A stretch of 64,000 nucleotides of DNA from Dehalococcoidia bacterium (GTDB lineage Bacteria; Chloroflexota; Dehalococcoidia; Lucifugimonadales; UBA3495), in NCBI GenBank assembly GCA_965232815.1, contig OZ247427.1, positions 98,447 through 162,446 on the forward strand, read 5' to 3'. Of the stretch, positions 36,234 through 44,812 are shown one piece after another (position 1 is the first letter of the stretch; each line of letters starts with the position of its first letter). The notes under the pieces were generated by a model. It was not told the origin of the DNA and searched no databases. It saw nothing but the letters and a program-made list of their open reading frames with translations. Made by a program: the position numbers and the translations under genes.

Positions 36234-37235
36234 TTACAAATTCAGCGGATGCTCCTCGTAGTCCTTGACCTTGTCGTACACCTGGATGCGGTGTCGGTTG
36301 GCCTCCAGCACGAAGATGCGATCATGGGCGTCGACCCGCACGGACACCGGCCGCCGGAAACGCCATTCCGGCTCCAGGTCCACCCTGCGCCGCGCCTTCA
36401 CAATGTCAGGGTTGGCGTCAATGTAGGTCTGCGTCCACGGCGAGGGCTGCTGAGCGTCGCCCACCAGCGACGTGATGAACCGTCCGTCCGGCGCGTACAC
36501 CTGTAGCCTGTGGTTCCCCCAGTCCGTGACGTACACGTCCCCCTCGGAGTCCACCGCGACGCCTGTCGGCCCGTGCAAATCACCCACGCCGGAGCGTGGT
36601 GCCGCCTCAAATTTCAGCAGGAAGTTGCCGTCGGCGTCGAACTTCTGCACCCTGTTGTTCTTCCAGTCCGCCACGTACACGTTGCCGGCGTCGTCGAGAC
36701 ACAGGCCCCACGGCAAATTGAACTCGCCGTCGCCATCGCCGTGCTTTCCGAAGCTGCTCAGGTGCTTGCCCTTGTGTGTGAACCTCTGAACGCGATGGTT
36801 CTGGCTGTCCACCACCAGCATGTTGCCTTCGGCGTCGAAAGCAATGCCGCAGGGGCCGTTGAGCTCACCCTTGCCATCGCCGGCATCGCCCCAACTGCGG
36901 ATGAATGTCCCCTCAGGGTCAAACGCCGACACCCGGTTCAGGAAGTCGTCGGAGGCGTAGACGTTGCCATCGTCGTCCAGGGTGATGGCGCGCGGCCAGA
37001 CAAATTGCCCATCGCCGCGCCCGAACGCGCCGAACTGCCCCAGGAACTGGTGGTCCAGCGTCACCCTGCTGATGCGCTGGCCCAACTCCTCTGCGCCTCG
37101 GCTGATCACGTACACCATGTTGTTGTCGGCCAGCGCGAAATCCTGCGGCGACCAGAAACCCTGGCCCGACATTCCGTACATGCCGATGCAGTAGTTGTAG
37201 TCAAACACTCGGCCGGCGGCCACTGTGGTAAGCAT
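36234..37235 (-). CDS. NHL-repeat beta-propeller protein, no signal peptide
   Basis: ATG at 37235 after AAGGAGG. Blades such as NGPCGIAFDAEGNMLVVDSQNHRVQRF and HGPTGVAVDSEGDVYVTDWGNHRLQVY. Confidence 0.75.
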   Translation of the reverse strand: MLTTVAAGRVFDYNYCIGMYGMSGQGFWSPQDFALADNNMVYVISRGAEELGQRISRVTLDHQFLGQFGAFGRGDGQFVWPRAITLDDDGNVYASDDFLNRVSAFDPEGTFIRSWGDAGDGKGELNGPCGIAFDAEGNMLVVDSQNHRVQRFTHKGKHLSSFGKHGDGDGEFNLPWGLCLDDAGNVYVADWKNNRVQKFDADGNFLLKFEAAPRSGVGDLHGPTGVAVDSEGDVYVTDWGNHRLQVYAPDGRFITSLVGDAQQPSPWTQTYIDANPDIVKARRRVDLEPEWRFRRPVSVRVDAHDRIFVLEANRHRIQVYDKVKDYEEHPLNL

Positions 37236-37266
37236 GGTAGACCTCCTTAACCCAACCCTCAGCGTT

Positions 37267-38403
37267 CTACACGAACTCCAGCTTCTCGAAGTTGCCGCCG
37301 ACGATCGGAACGGCGTCCAGACCCAGCCAGTTTTCGATGACCGTGGAATACAGCCCGCGGAAGTCGTAGTTGGGCTCAAGGTCGCCCTGCGTCAGATCCT
37401 CCGGCCGCAGGGACGGGTAGGTGCTGTACATACCACCCTTGACTTGGTTCCCGATGACGAACGCCGCTCCGGCGGCTCCGTGGTCAGTGCCGGTCCCGTT
37501 GTCCTTGACGCGCCGCCCGAACTCGGTGAACAGCACCATGATCAGGTTGTCGCCCGCATCGTGCTCGGCCAGGTCGTCGAAGAAGTCGGTGATGGCGCGG
37601 GACATGTCGATCCACAGCTTCGTGTGCATCGGCGGTTGGTTGAAGTGCGAGTCGAAGCTGCCGTGCTGCGTGTAGAACATCTGCGTGCCCAGGTCGGCCA
37701 GGTACACCTGCGCTATGTCCCGCAGGTACTTGGCGATGGGCGTGTCAGCGTACTCCACGGTCGACGTGTACTGCTCCGGCGCGCTCCGGACTATGTCCGC
37801 GCCCTTGAGCGCGTCCCGTCCGGTCTGACCCAAGTAGTCCATCGTCGGCCCGGTGCCCACGGTGGGAGAATACATCCGCGCGAAACGGTCCAGGATCTTG
37901 TTGTGCTCTTCCTCTGCAGACACACCCGGCACGCTCGAAAGTACTCCGTAGGTCTCGAGGCTCGACACCGACGTGACCGGAACCCCCCGCAGCGCCAGCG
38001 CCCGCGGCAGCCCTTGCCCGAAGTTCATGCCCTTCAATACGTTCTCGCCCCGGGGATCCAGGTCTCGGATCACGCGACCGGCCCAGCCTTCAGTTCCCAC
38101 GATATCCGGCTCGCAGGTGTGCCAGATGTCCATGGAGCGGAAGTGCGAACGCGGCGAATTCTCGTAACCGATGCCGTGGATGATGGCCATCTTGCCGTCG
38201 TCCCACAGCTTCTTGAGCGGTGCCATGTTGGGGTTGAACCCCACCTGGTCATCAATCTGCAACACCTGGTCGGCCGGAATGCCAACCTTGGGCCGAGCGT
38301 CGTGATAGTGCTCGTTGGTGTACGGGATGATGGTGTTCAGGTAGTCGTTTGCCCCCGTCATCTGGAGCACCACCACCACCGGGTCTTTCTTCGTAGTCGC
38401 CAT
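37267..38403 (-). CDS. DUF1501-domain protein (alkaline-phosphatase/sulfatase-like superfamily), signal-less
   Basis: 378 aa. Begins directly at the conserved core PVVVVLQMTGANDYLNTIIPY. TDHG near the C-terminal third. No twin-arginine leader. Confidence 0.65.
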   Translation of the reverse strand: MATTKKDPVVVVLQMTGANDYLNTIIPYTNEHYHDARPKVGIPADQVLQIDDQVGFNPNMAPLKKLWDDGKMAIIHGIGYENSPRSHFRSMDIWHTCEPDIVGTEGWAGRVIRDLDPRGENVLKGMNFGQGLPRALALRGVPVTSVSSLETYGVLSSVPGVSAEEEHNKILDRFARMYSPTVGTGPTMDYLGQTGRDALKGADIVRSAPEQYTSTVEYADTPIAKYLRDIAQVYLADLGTQMFYTQHGSFDSHFNQPPMHTKLWIDMSRAITDFFDDLAEHDAGDNLIMVLFTEFGRRVKDNGTGTDHGAAGAAFVIGNQVKGGMYSTYPSLRPEDLTQGDLEPNYDFRGLYSTVIENWLGLDAVPIVGGNFEKLEFV

Positions 38404-38463
38404 TCTGTTCCTCCCTCCTGCTACTCGTCACTCCTGCGAAAGCAGGATTCCAGTATTTGGTGT

Positions 38464-38481
38464 AGGGGTGAATTCGCCCCT
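38464..38481. repeat. degenerate REP-like hairpin (AGGGGTG-AATT-CGCCCCT)
   Basis: Short variant of the same family, between the DUF1800 stop and the DUF1501 start. Confidence 0.45.
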
Positions 38482-38492
38482 GCACCACGGGG

Positions 38493-39899
38493 TTATGCAA
38501 ATTGGAAATCGCGCGACGCGGCGATCAGCGCCAGCATCACTCCGACTCGCTTTTCAGACTCTGCGGCATCCGCCTCGGTGTCCCAACGCAGTTCACCGCC
38601 GTCCCGCGCCTCGTCAAGCAGTTCGGCCCGGGTGATGTCCCCAACCTCCAGCGGGCCCACCATCTCCAGGCAGGCATCCACCATATCGTCGGGACTCAGC
38701 GATCCCTGGCTGCGCAGGTTCGCCACGATGGATTTGACGCCCGGCAGCGATACGTCGCCCAGCAGGCCCGCGGCGAAGTTAACGCGTCGCACCAGTGCGC
38801 CGCCGTCTATCCACTCTCCACCGGTGTGCCAACTCTCCACGCTGGGCGGATTCAAAAGTTCTTGCCCCTGGTAGGCGCACTCGAATGCCAGCGAGTTGAA
38901 TCCCGGGCGCGGCCCATTGAAATTCCCCGCCAGCTTGGCCGTGCTCACCACCAGTTCGGCGGGACTCTTGACCCGGCTGAACTGTGCTTCCTTGAAGAAG
39001 TCGGAGTTGAACAGTACCCGCAGCATCGCCGTGATATCGCCGTCCGACTCGTCATAGGCAGCCACCAACTGGTCGATGGCGTCCGGATCGTTGGGCGGTG
39101 TGATGTTCCAACTGGGCACCTGCGGCTCGTCGGCCACAAAGAAGTTGTACAGGTGCCGCGCTAGGAACCGCGCCGTGGCCGGTTGGTTCACCACAATGTC
39201 AATGATGTCCTGGCCGTCGAAATTCCCTGTATGCCCGAGGAACGTCTTTTCGCCATCGTCGTGGTCCTCGGGCCGGTACTCGAAGCTCCAGTAGAAGCGA
39301 CCCAGTGGATTCCGCGGAATCTTCGGCCCGATGGTCCAGCCGGTGAACGCTCGCGACGCTTCCTTGATGTCCTCCTCAGAGTAGTTACCCACTCCCATGG
39401 AGAACAGTTCCAGCAGTTCACGGCCCCAGTTCTCGTTGATGGCGCCCATGTGGTTGCCGTTGTTGTCCAGCCAGAAAATCATGGCCGGATTCTGCGCCAA
39501 CTCCACCAGGATCTCCCGGAAATTGCCCAGGCCGGCCCTGCGGAACATGGCTATCTGCTGCGTCAACTCCGGCGGGTTGTCCACCTTGGAGTTGCCCGTG
39601 GCGAAAAGTTGGTGCCAGAACAGCGCCATCTTCTCTTCCAGCGGCCGCTCGGTGTTGATCATCCGATACACCCATTCGGCCTGGTTCAGCGGCGGCCCCA
39701 GCGCTCCCTCGTAACCGGGCATGTAACGGTAGAGAATATCGTCGTCCACCGGCTCAAACCGCTCCGGATTCAGCAGGTCCTCCACCGTGGCTTCGTACCC
39801 CCTGCTGATCCTGTCATTCAGCTCATCGTGGCTGGCGCCGAAACCGGCCCGCCGCATCAGATGGCCCATCAGTGCGATGTCCTCTCGATTAGCCATCAA
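38493..39899 (-). CDS. DUF1800-domain protein
   Basis: 468 aa. HLMRRAGFGASHDEL, LFWHQLFATG and RELLELFSMGVGNYSEEDIKE are the family hallmark motifs as I recall them. Confidence 0.65.
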   Translation of the reverse strand: MMANREDIALMGHLMRRAGFGASHDELNDRISRGYEATVEDLLNPERFEPVDDDILYRYMPGYEGALGPPLNQAEWVYRMINTERPLEEKMALFWHQLFATGNSKVDNPPELTQQIAMFRRAGLGNFREILVELAQNPAMIFWLDNNGNHMGAINENWGRELLELFSMGVGNYSEEDIKEASRAFTGWTIGPKIPRNPLGRFYWSFEYRPEDHDDGEKTFLGHTGNFDGQDIIDIVVNQPATARFLARHLYNFFVADEPQVPSWNITPPNDPDAIDQLVAAYDESDGDITAMLRVLFNSDFFKEAQFSRVKSPAELVVSTAKLAGNFNGPRPGFNSLAFECAYQGQELLNPPSVESWHTGGEWIDGGALVRRVNFAAGLLGDVSLPGVKSIVANLRSQGSLSPDDMVDACLEMVGPLEVGDITRAELLDEARDGGELRWDTEADAAESEKRVGVMLALIAASRDFQFA

Positions 39900-40018
39900 T
39901 TCACCCCCTCTTTATGGACTGGTCATCATGCCGCTAAGTTCTAAACACATTTCGTCAACTGTACTCACAATGCTACGGAATGGGTAGTCCACTGTCAAGA
40001 AAATCAGTCGCTACCGCT

Positions 40019-40228
40019 TCAAGCCTCCACTCGTCGTTTCCAGTAGTAATAAACGAAACAATCGGTGGGATTTTGAGGCACGAAAAGGGGCATCGTGGAC
40101 ACCAGCTCCCAACCCAGCGCCCCCCGTTCGTTCATGAACTCCTCATCCACGGCGTCCACATTCATGCCATTGCCCACGAACCCGCCGGACCGGATGGGCA
40201 TTTTGTCGACTCGGTATTCCCATTTCAT
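40019..40228 (-). CDS. DUF4177-domain small protein
   Basis: MKWEYRV... and GALGWELVS motif, 69 aa. The ORF-track start at 40297 is less likely. Confidence 0.55.
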   Translation of the reverse strand: MKWEYRVDKMPIRSGGFVGNGMNVDAVDEEFMNERGALGWELVSTMPLFVPQNPTDCFVYYYWKRRVEA

Positions 40229-40309
40229 GCGTTCAAGTCCTTCGGTGCCGCCGACACTGCAGGGCCGGTCTGAGACCCGCCCTACTCTGCCGATCAAGCT
40301 CGTTGTCAG

Positions 40310-41854
40310 CTAACGACCCGCTTTTACCCAGTCGGCGCACCGTTCTCCAATCATGATGGTGGTGCAGTTGGTGTTGGCCCGAATCACGTTGGGGATCACC
40401 GACGCGTCGGCCACCTTGATGTTCTCCAACCCGTGGATGTTCAGGTGCGGATCAACCACTGCCATGGGATCGTTGGCCGGCCCCATCTTGCACGTACCGG
40501 AGGCATGGGTCGTGTTGAACACCGTCCGGCGCATCCAGCTATCCAGCGCCGCATCGGACGCCAGGTCCTCCGGCGAAGGTTGCTGGATCTCCTCCACGAT
40601 GGGCCCGAAGGCGTTGTGCTCCAGCAGGTTCACGCTGATGCGCACCGCCTCCCGCAAACGTTCCCGGTCCCGTTCCGGCTCAAGGTATCGATAGTTCAGC
40701 GACGGTTGCACATGAGGATCATTTGCCGACAGCCGCACCTCACCGGCGCCGTCGGCCAACTCCAGAATGCACTGCACGCGCACGCCTCCCGGCTCAAACG
40801 GGTCGGCACCCCCGATGGGTGTCGAGAACGACGACGCCATGATCTGCATGTCGTTGCGGTCCGGCGACCCCGTGGCTGTGTAGCGCAGCGCTGTCTGTGT
40901 ACGCGGAGCGAGCGGGTCCTGCTCGTGGTCGTCCCGCGCCTTGCAGATGACGGCGACAATCGGGTGATCGCGCAGGTTCTGCCCCACACCGGGCAACTCG
41001 TGAACCACAGGAATCCCCATCTCTCTGAGGTGGTCCGCCGGCCCGACGCCGGAGAGCATCAAAATTTGCGGCGATGCCATCGAACCCGCGCTGAGCACGA
41101 TCTGGCCCGCTTCAACTTGGAACACCTCTCCGCCGCTCTCCACCTCCACGCCAACCGCGGTCTTGCCCTCGAACAGGATGCGGCGCACCACCACGTTCGG
41201 CCGCACCGTCAGGTTGAGCCGGTGCCGCACCTCCCGCAGGAACGTCAGCGCCGTGCTCATCCGCACGCCCTCCGGATTGTTCATCGGGACCGGCCCGACG
41301 CCACCGGAATCGGGATGGTTCATGTCCTCGTCGGCCGGATATCCTGCCTCCAGGCACGACTGCACGAACGCCTGCTGAAAGGGCAGCCACGTCTCCCGCG
41401 CGAAGCGGCGCACCGGTATCGGCCCCTCCGATCCGTGGAAGTCATCGCTGATGTCCATGTCCGTTTCCATCTTCCGGAAATAGGGCAGCACATCCACGAA
41501 TCCCCAGCCGTCGTTGCCCTCGGCGGCCCAACTGTCGTAGTCCTCGGGGACCCTGCGCAGCAGCACCTGCCCATTGATGGCGCTGGTGCCTCCCACCACC
41601 TTCCCTCGCGGCGCCGGCAGCATGTCCGTCTGCTCGGCGGAACCCTGCGCCCACCACGTCCAGTTGTGGGGCGCACCCTGCGCCGAAGCGTCAGGCTTGT
41701 ATCCGTATTTCAGGTCGTCGGGATAGTGCTCGTACTCGGGATAGTCGGGACCCGCCTCCAGCAGCAGCACCGAGCGACTCGGATCCTCGGCCAGCCGGGA
41801 AGCCACCACGCACCCGCCCGAACCCGCTCCGATAACAACAACGTCGTACCTCAT
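40310..41854 (-). CDS. GMC-family FAD oxidoreductase (paralog 2)
   Basis: MRYDVVVIGAGSGG start. Colinear with paralog 1 and roughly two-thirds identical by eye. HASGTCKMG and KVADASVIP. Confidence 0.85.
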   Translation of the reverse strand: MRYDVVVIGAGSGGCVVASRLAEDPSRSVLLLEAGPDYPEYEHYPDDLKYGYKPDASAQGAPHNWTWWAQGSAEQTDMLPAPRGKVVGGTSAINGQVLLRRVPEDYDSWAAEGNDGWGFVDVLPYFRKMETDMDISDDFHGSEGPIPVRRFARETWLPFQQAFVQSCLEAGYPADEDMNHPDSGGVGPVPMNNPEGVRMSTALTFLREVRHRLNLTVRPNVVVRRILFEGKTAVGVEVESGGEVFQVEAGQIVLSAGSMASPQILMLSGVGPADHLREMGIPVVHELPGVGQNLRDHPIVAVICKARDDHEQDPLAPRTQTALRYTATGSPDRNDMQIMASSFSTPIGGADPFEPGGVRVQCILELADGAGEVRLSANDPHVQPSLNYRYLEPERDRERLREAVRISVNLLEHNAFGPIVEEIQQPSPEDLASDAALDSWMRRTVFNTTHASGTCKMGPANDPMAVVDPHLNIHGLENIKVADASVIPNVIRANTNCTTIMIGERCADWVKAGR

Positions 41855-42042
41855 CTCGTCACCTGTAGTCCCCGTTGGTCGTTCGTCAACTCCAAACTCG
41901 GGCAAGCATAAAGCAAGGGTGTGGTATTGAAAAGACTGCATCACCCGTGGGCATTGTCGCCGCTGTACTCTCGGATGACGCCGCCCCCGCCAGGCCCTAT
42001 AATCCTGCTTACCGCGCGCCGGGCCGCGCCACGGAGGATGCT

Positions 42043-43071
42043 ATGAATTTCGGCATGTTCACCGACTTCCACATCGGAGACAACAAGACCCAGGCAGAAG
42101 CTTTCGACGAGTCTTTCTCCCAGATCGACGACGCCGAGGCCATGGGATTCGATACCGTCTGGTTGGCCGAGCACCACTTCAGCCCCGAACGGGCTGTCCT
42201 CGCATCGCCCATGGTGATCGCCAGCGCCATCGCGGCGCGTACCAAACGCATTCGCACCGGCCTCGCGGTGCAGGTCCTCCCGCTCACCAACCCCCTGCGC
42301 GTCGCTGAGGAAGCCGCCACCGTTGACCACATCAGCAAGGGCCGGTTCGAGTTCGGCATCGGCCGCAGCGGTCTCACCAAGTATTACCAGGGTTACAACG
42401 TCCCATATTCCGAGAGCCGCGCCCGTTTCCTTGAAGCTCTAGCAATCATCATGAAGGCCTGGAACAACGATGAGTTCTCTTACAACGGCGAGTTCCATAG
42501 CTACAACGATGTCACGGTGGTTCCCAAACCCTTCCAGCAGCCGTACCCGCCGGTTCGCGTCGCCGTGGCCGGCGAGGACACGTTCCCCCTCGTCGGCAAA
42601 CTCGGCCACCCCATTTTCGTCAGCGCCAACACGGCCAAGGCCCAGTTGCAGGAGCGCATCGCCTCCTACGTAGCAGCCCGCAACGAGACGGGACATACCT
42701 CAACTCCCGACATCGCAATCCGCATCCCCGTCTACGCTGCCGAAACCACCGCTCAGGCCCACGAAGAACCCCAGGCCAGCGCGATGTCGGCCATCCAGTA
42801 CGCCGCCAGCGAATTGGTGAAAACCGCCGCCAGCGAGGAGACCGCCGAACGAATCCGCCGCACCGCCAACACGCCCTACGAGGACGTGCTCCGCCAACGT
42901 GTGGCGTTCGGCACCCCCGCTGAAATCATCGAACGGTTCCAGGGATACCAGGAAGACTTCGGCGTGACCGGCGTTGTGATGGAGGTCAACTACGGCGGAC
43001 GTATCCCCTACGACCGGGTCAAGAACTCGCTGCGTCTCATCAGCGAACAGGTCATGCCCCATTTCAAATGA
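42043..43071 (+). CDS. LLM-class flavin-dependent oxidoreductase
   Basis: ATG at 42043 after GGAGGA. MNFGMFTDFH, VWLAEHHF and FGIGRSG. Confidence 0.8.
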   Translation: MNFGMFTDFHIGDNKTQAEAFDESFSQIDDAEAMGFDTVWLAEHHFSPERAVLASPMVIASAIAARTKRIRTGLAVQVLPLTNPLRVAEEAATVDHISKGRFEFGIGRSGLTKYYQGYNVPYSESRARFLEALAIIMKAWNNDEFSYNGEFHSYNDVTVVPKPFQQPYPPVRVAVAGEDTFPLVGKLGHPIFVSANTAKAQLQERIASYVAARNETGHTSTPDIAIRIPVYAAETTAQAHEEPQASAMSAIQYAASELVKTAASEETAERIRRTANTPYEDVLRQRVAFGTPAEIIERFQGYQEDFGVTGVVMEVNYGGRIPYDRVKNSLRLISEQVMPHFK

Positions 43072-43133
43072 GGTTGGGTCCACCCTCATATAGCCAGGAA
43101 CGCCGGCGGACCGAAGTGGGGGCTTGTCGCGCT

Positions 43134-43481
43134 ATGAGTTTGCCCAGGCTTGCCGGATGCGCGGTGGTGATTGCAATGGCGGTTGCCGCTTGTACCTCGG
43201 CGCCTCCGGTTACCGTGAACGATGCAGAATTCGGCGACGGGTGGCCGTTTCATGCTGAGACCGCAACGCTGTACTGCGAAGGACCCGACGCCATTTGGGC
43301 GGAAATCGCTGGCCAATACTACGCGTTGAACCCCATCGCTCCCGTTTGGGTGGCAGAGCGCCATCCTGACATCGCATTGAGCAATCTTGAGACGGTTTGG
43401 CGCGACGACCCGAATAATCCCGGGACGAAATCAGATCTGGGACCGGTTATGGACCGAGCGCTGGCGATCTGCCATGGTTGA
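43134..43481 (+). CDS. small lipoprotein, YebY/DUF2511-like
   Basis: Lipobox MAVAAC. GDGWPF..ATLYC and DDPNNPGTKSDLGPVMDRALAIC resemble my recollection of DUF2511. Confidence 0.45.
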   Translation: MSLPRLAGCAVVIAMAVAACTSAPPVTVNDAEFGDGWPFHAETATLYCEGPDAIWAEIAGQYYALNPIAPVWVAERHPDIALSNLETVWRDDPNNPGTKSDLGPVMDRALAICHG

Positions 43482-43524
43482 CGCGGATGGGGGTGGGTCC
43501 TGCCACCGAGGGCATCAGAAACTT

Positions 43525-43552
43525 GTAGGGGCGACGCGTACGTCGCCCCTAC
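43525..43552. terminator. bidirectional GC hairpin between convergent genes
   Basis: GTAGGGGCGACG-CGTA-CGTCGCCCCTAC, perfect 12-bp stem. Confidence 0.6.
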
Positions 43553-43576
43553 GGTTATCCGGATGGCGGCCGGAGC

Positions 43577-44086
43577 CTAGTGAGCGGCCCCCGTCAACGC
43601 CGCCTGCGCGGCCAGTTCCTCGTCCCACGGCCCTGACAAACGACCCTTATCGGTCCCGCCGATCATGTACCCGCTCTCGTCGTGCCCCCATTGCTCGCGA
43701 GGCATCTCATACGACAATTCGATGCCGTTGCCATCGGGGTCGCGGATGTAGATGCCAATGGCATGGCCGTGGTCCGACACCCGGTCGATGGTTATCCCCT
43801 TGTCCTTGACCCGGTGGTACAACTCCGCCAAGTCGTCCAGAGTTTCCATATACCAGGCCATGTGGTTGAGCCCCACCTGGCCGCCTTGCGGCCCTAACGC
43901 ATCCTCGCCCACCTGCGTCAGCGCGATCTCGTGGGAGTTCCCCAGGTCCGCGGACATGAAGGCGGCGCGCCCGGGAAAGAACCCGTACGTGTGCAGGCCC
44001 AGCAGGTCCTCATACCATTCTCGCGAGCGTTCCGCATTGCGCACGAAAATGTTGACGTGGCCCAGATTTCTCGGAGTGTATCCCAT
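43577..44086 (-). CDS. VOC-family (glyoxalase/extradiol dioxygenase-like) protein
   Basis: ATG at 44086 after AAGGAGGG. LGHVNIFVRNAERSREWYEDLLGL and a second half with GHAIGIYIRDPDGNGIEL. Confidence 0.75.
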   Translation of the reverse strand: MGYTPRNLGHVNIFVRNAERSREWYEDLLGLHTYGFFPGRAAFMSADLGNSHEIALTQVGEDALGPQGGQVGLNHMAWYMETLDDLAELYHRVKDKGITIDRVSDHGHAIGIYIRDPDGNGIELSYEMPREQWGHDESGYMIGGTDKGRLSGPWDEELAAQAALTGAAH

Positions 44087-44211
44087 GGTTCCCTCCTTAT
44101 TCCGCAACGAATCGAGTTTCTAGTTGCGCCATGATAGCAAGCCCAAGTGTCAAAATAAAGGCTACGAGATTCGAGGAACGATAGTTAGATTACACAAACT
44201 CGAGCCGGAAG

Positions 44212-44472
44212 TTATCCGAGCGGTGCGATGGTTCCAGGCAATTCTCCCGCTTGGGCATTATTCCAACAACCCCAAAGTTCGTCCTGCCGGATCGTCGCCC
44301 ACTCCATGACGTCCCGTTGGCGCCGCGTTGGTAGGCTGCCGTGCAAGACCGCAAGGGAACCTATCGCTATTTGCACCTCACGTTCTCCGTAAACCGCGTG
44401 GAAATGCGCTGGCCCGTGCTCCCTGAAATAAATGCGAATGGTGATACCGTTAAACCGGCACACTTCAGGCAT
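44212..44472 (-). CDS. DUF4160-domain protein
   Basis: MPEVCRFNGITIRIYFREHGPAHFHAVYGE is the DUF4160 signature. Overlaps the upstream partner by 8 nt. Confidence 0.7.
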   Translation of the reverse strand: MPEVCRFNGITIRIYFREHGPAHFHAVYGEREVQIAIGSLAVLHGSLPTRRQRDVMEWATIRQDELWGCWNNAQAGELPGTIAPLG

Positions 44473-44749
44473 CTTGCATGAGCGATTCAGCACCCGGCAT
44501 GATTTCCTCAACTGTCTTGCCGGTTAATTCGAGGTACAACGCATCCGGACACAGTTCGATGTCATCGCCCCACGCGACGGCGCGATGCGGCGCAATATGC
44601 ACCATATCAAAATAGCCTGGCCTATCCCACGCATTGAATACGCCTTTTCCCGCGACGTCGGACAGGTCGACCTCGCCGCTGGAACCGTCGGAGTATTTCA
44701 ACCAGATCCGATATTTTCCTCGCGACTGTACGTCAACAGGATGGATCAT
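44465..44749 (-). CDS. DUF2442-domain protein
   Basis: 94 aa. YRIWLKYSDGSSGEVDLS.. and VAWGDDIELCPDALY fit the DUF2442 pattern. Confidence 0.65.
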   Translation of the reverse strand: MIHPVDVQSRGKYRIWLKYSDGSSGEVDLSDVAGKGVFNAWDRPGYFDMVHIAPHRAVAWGDDIELCPDALYLELTGKTVEEIMPGAESLMQDA

Positions 44750-44775
44750 GTGATTCCTCGCACGTGGTGTTTGCG

Positions 44776-44803
44776 GGTGGGCAGAGAACGAACCCTGCCC
44801 ACC
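44776..44803 (-). terminator. hairpin downstream of the TPP-enzyme gene
   Basis: GGTGGGCAG-N10-CTGCCCACC, 10 nt past the stop at 44813. No U-tract. Confidence 0.4.
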
Positions 44804-44812
44804 GGGTGAAGT

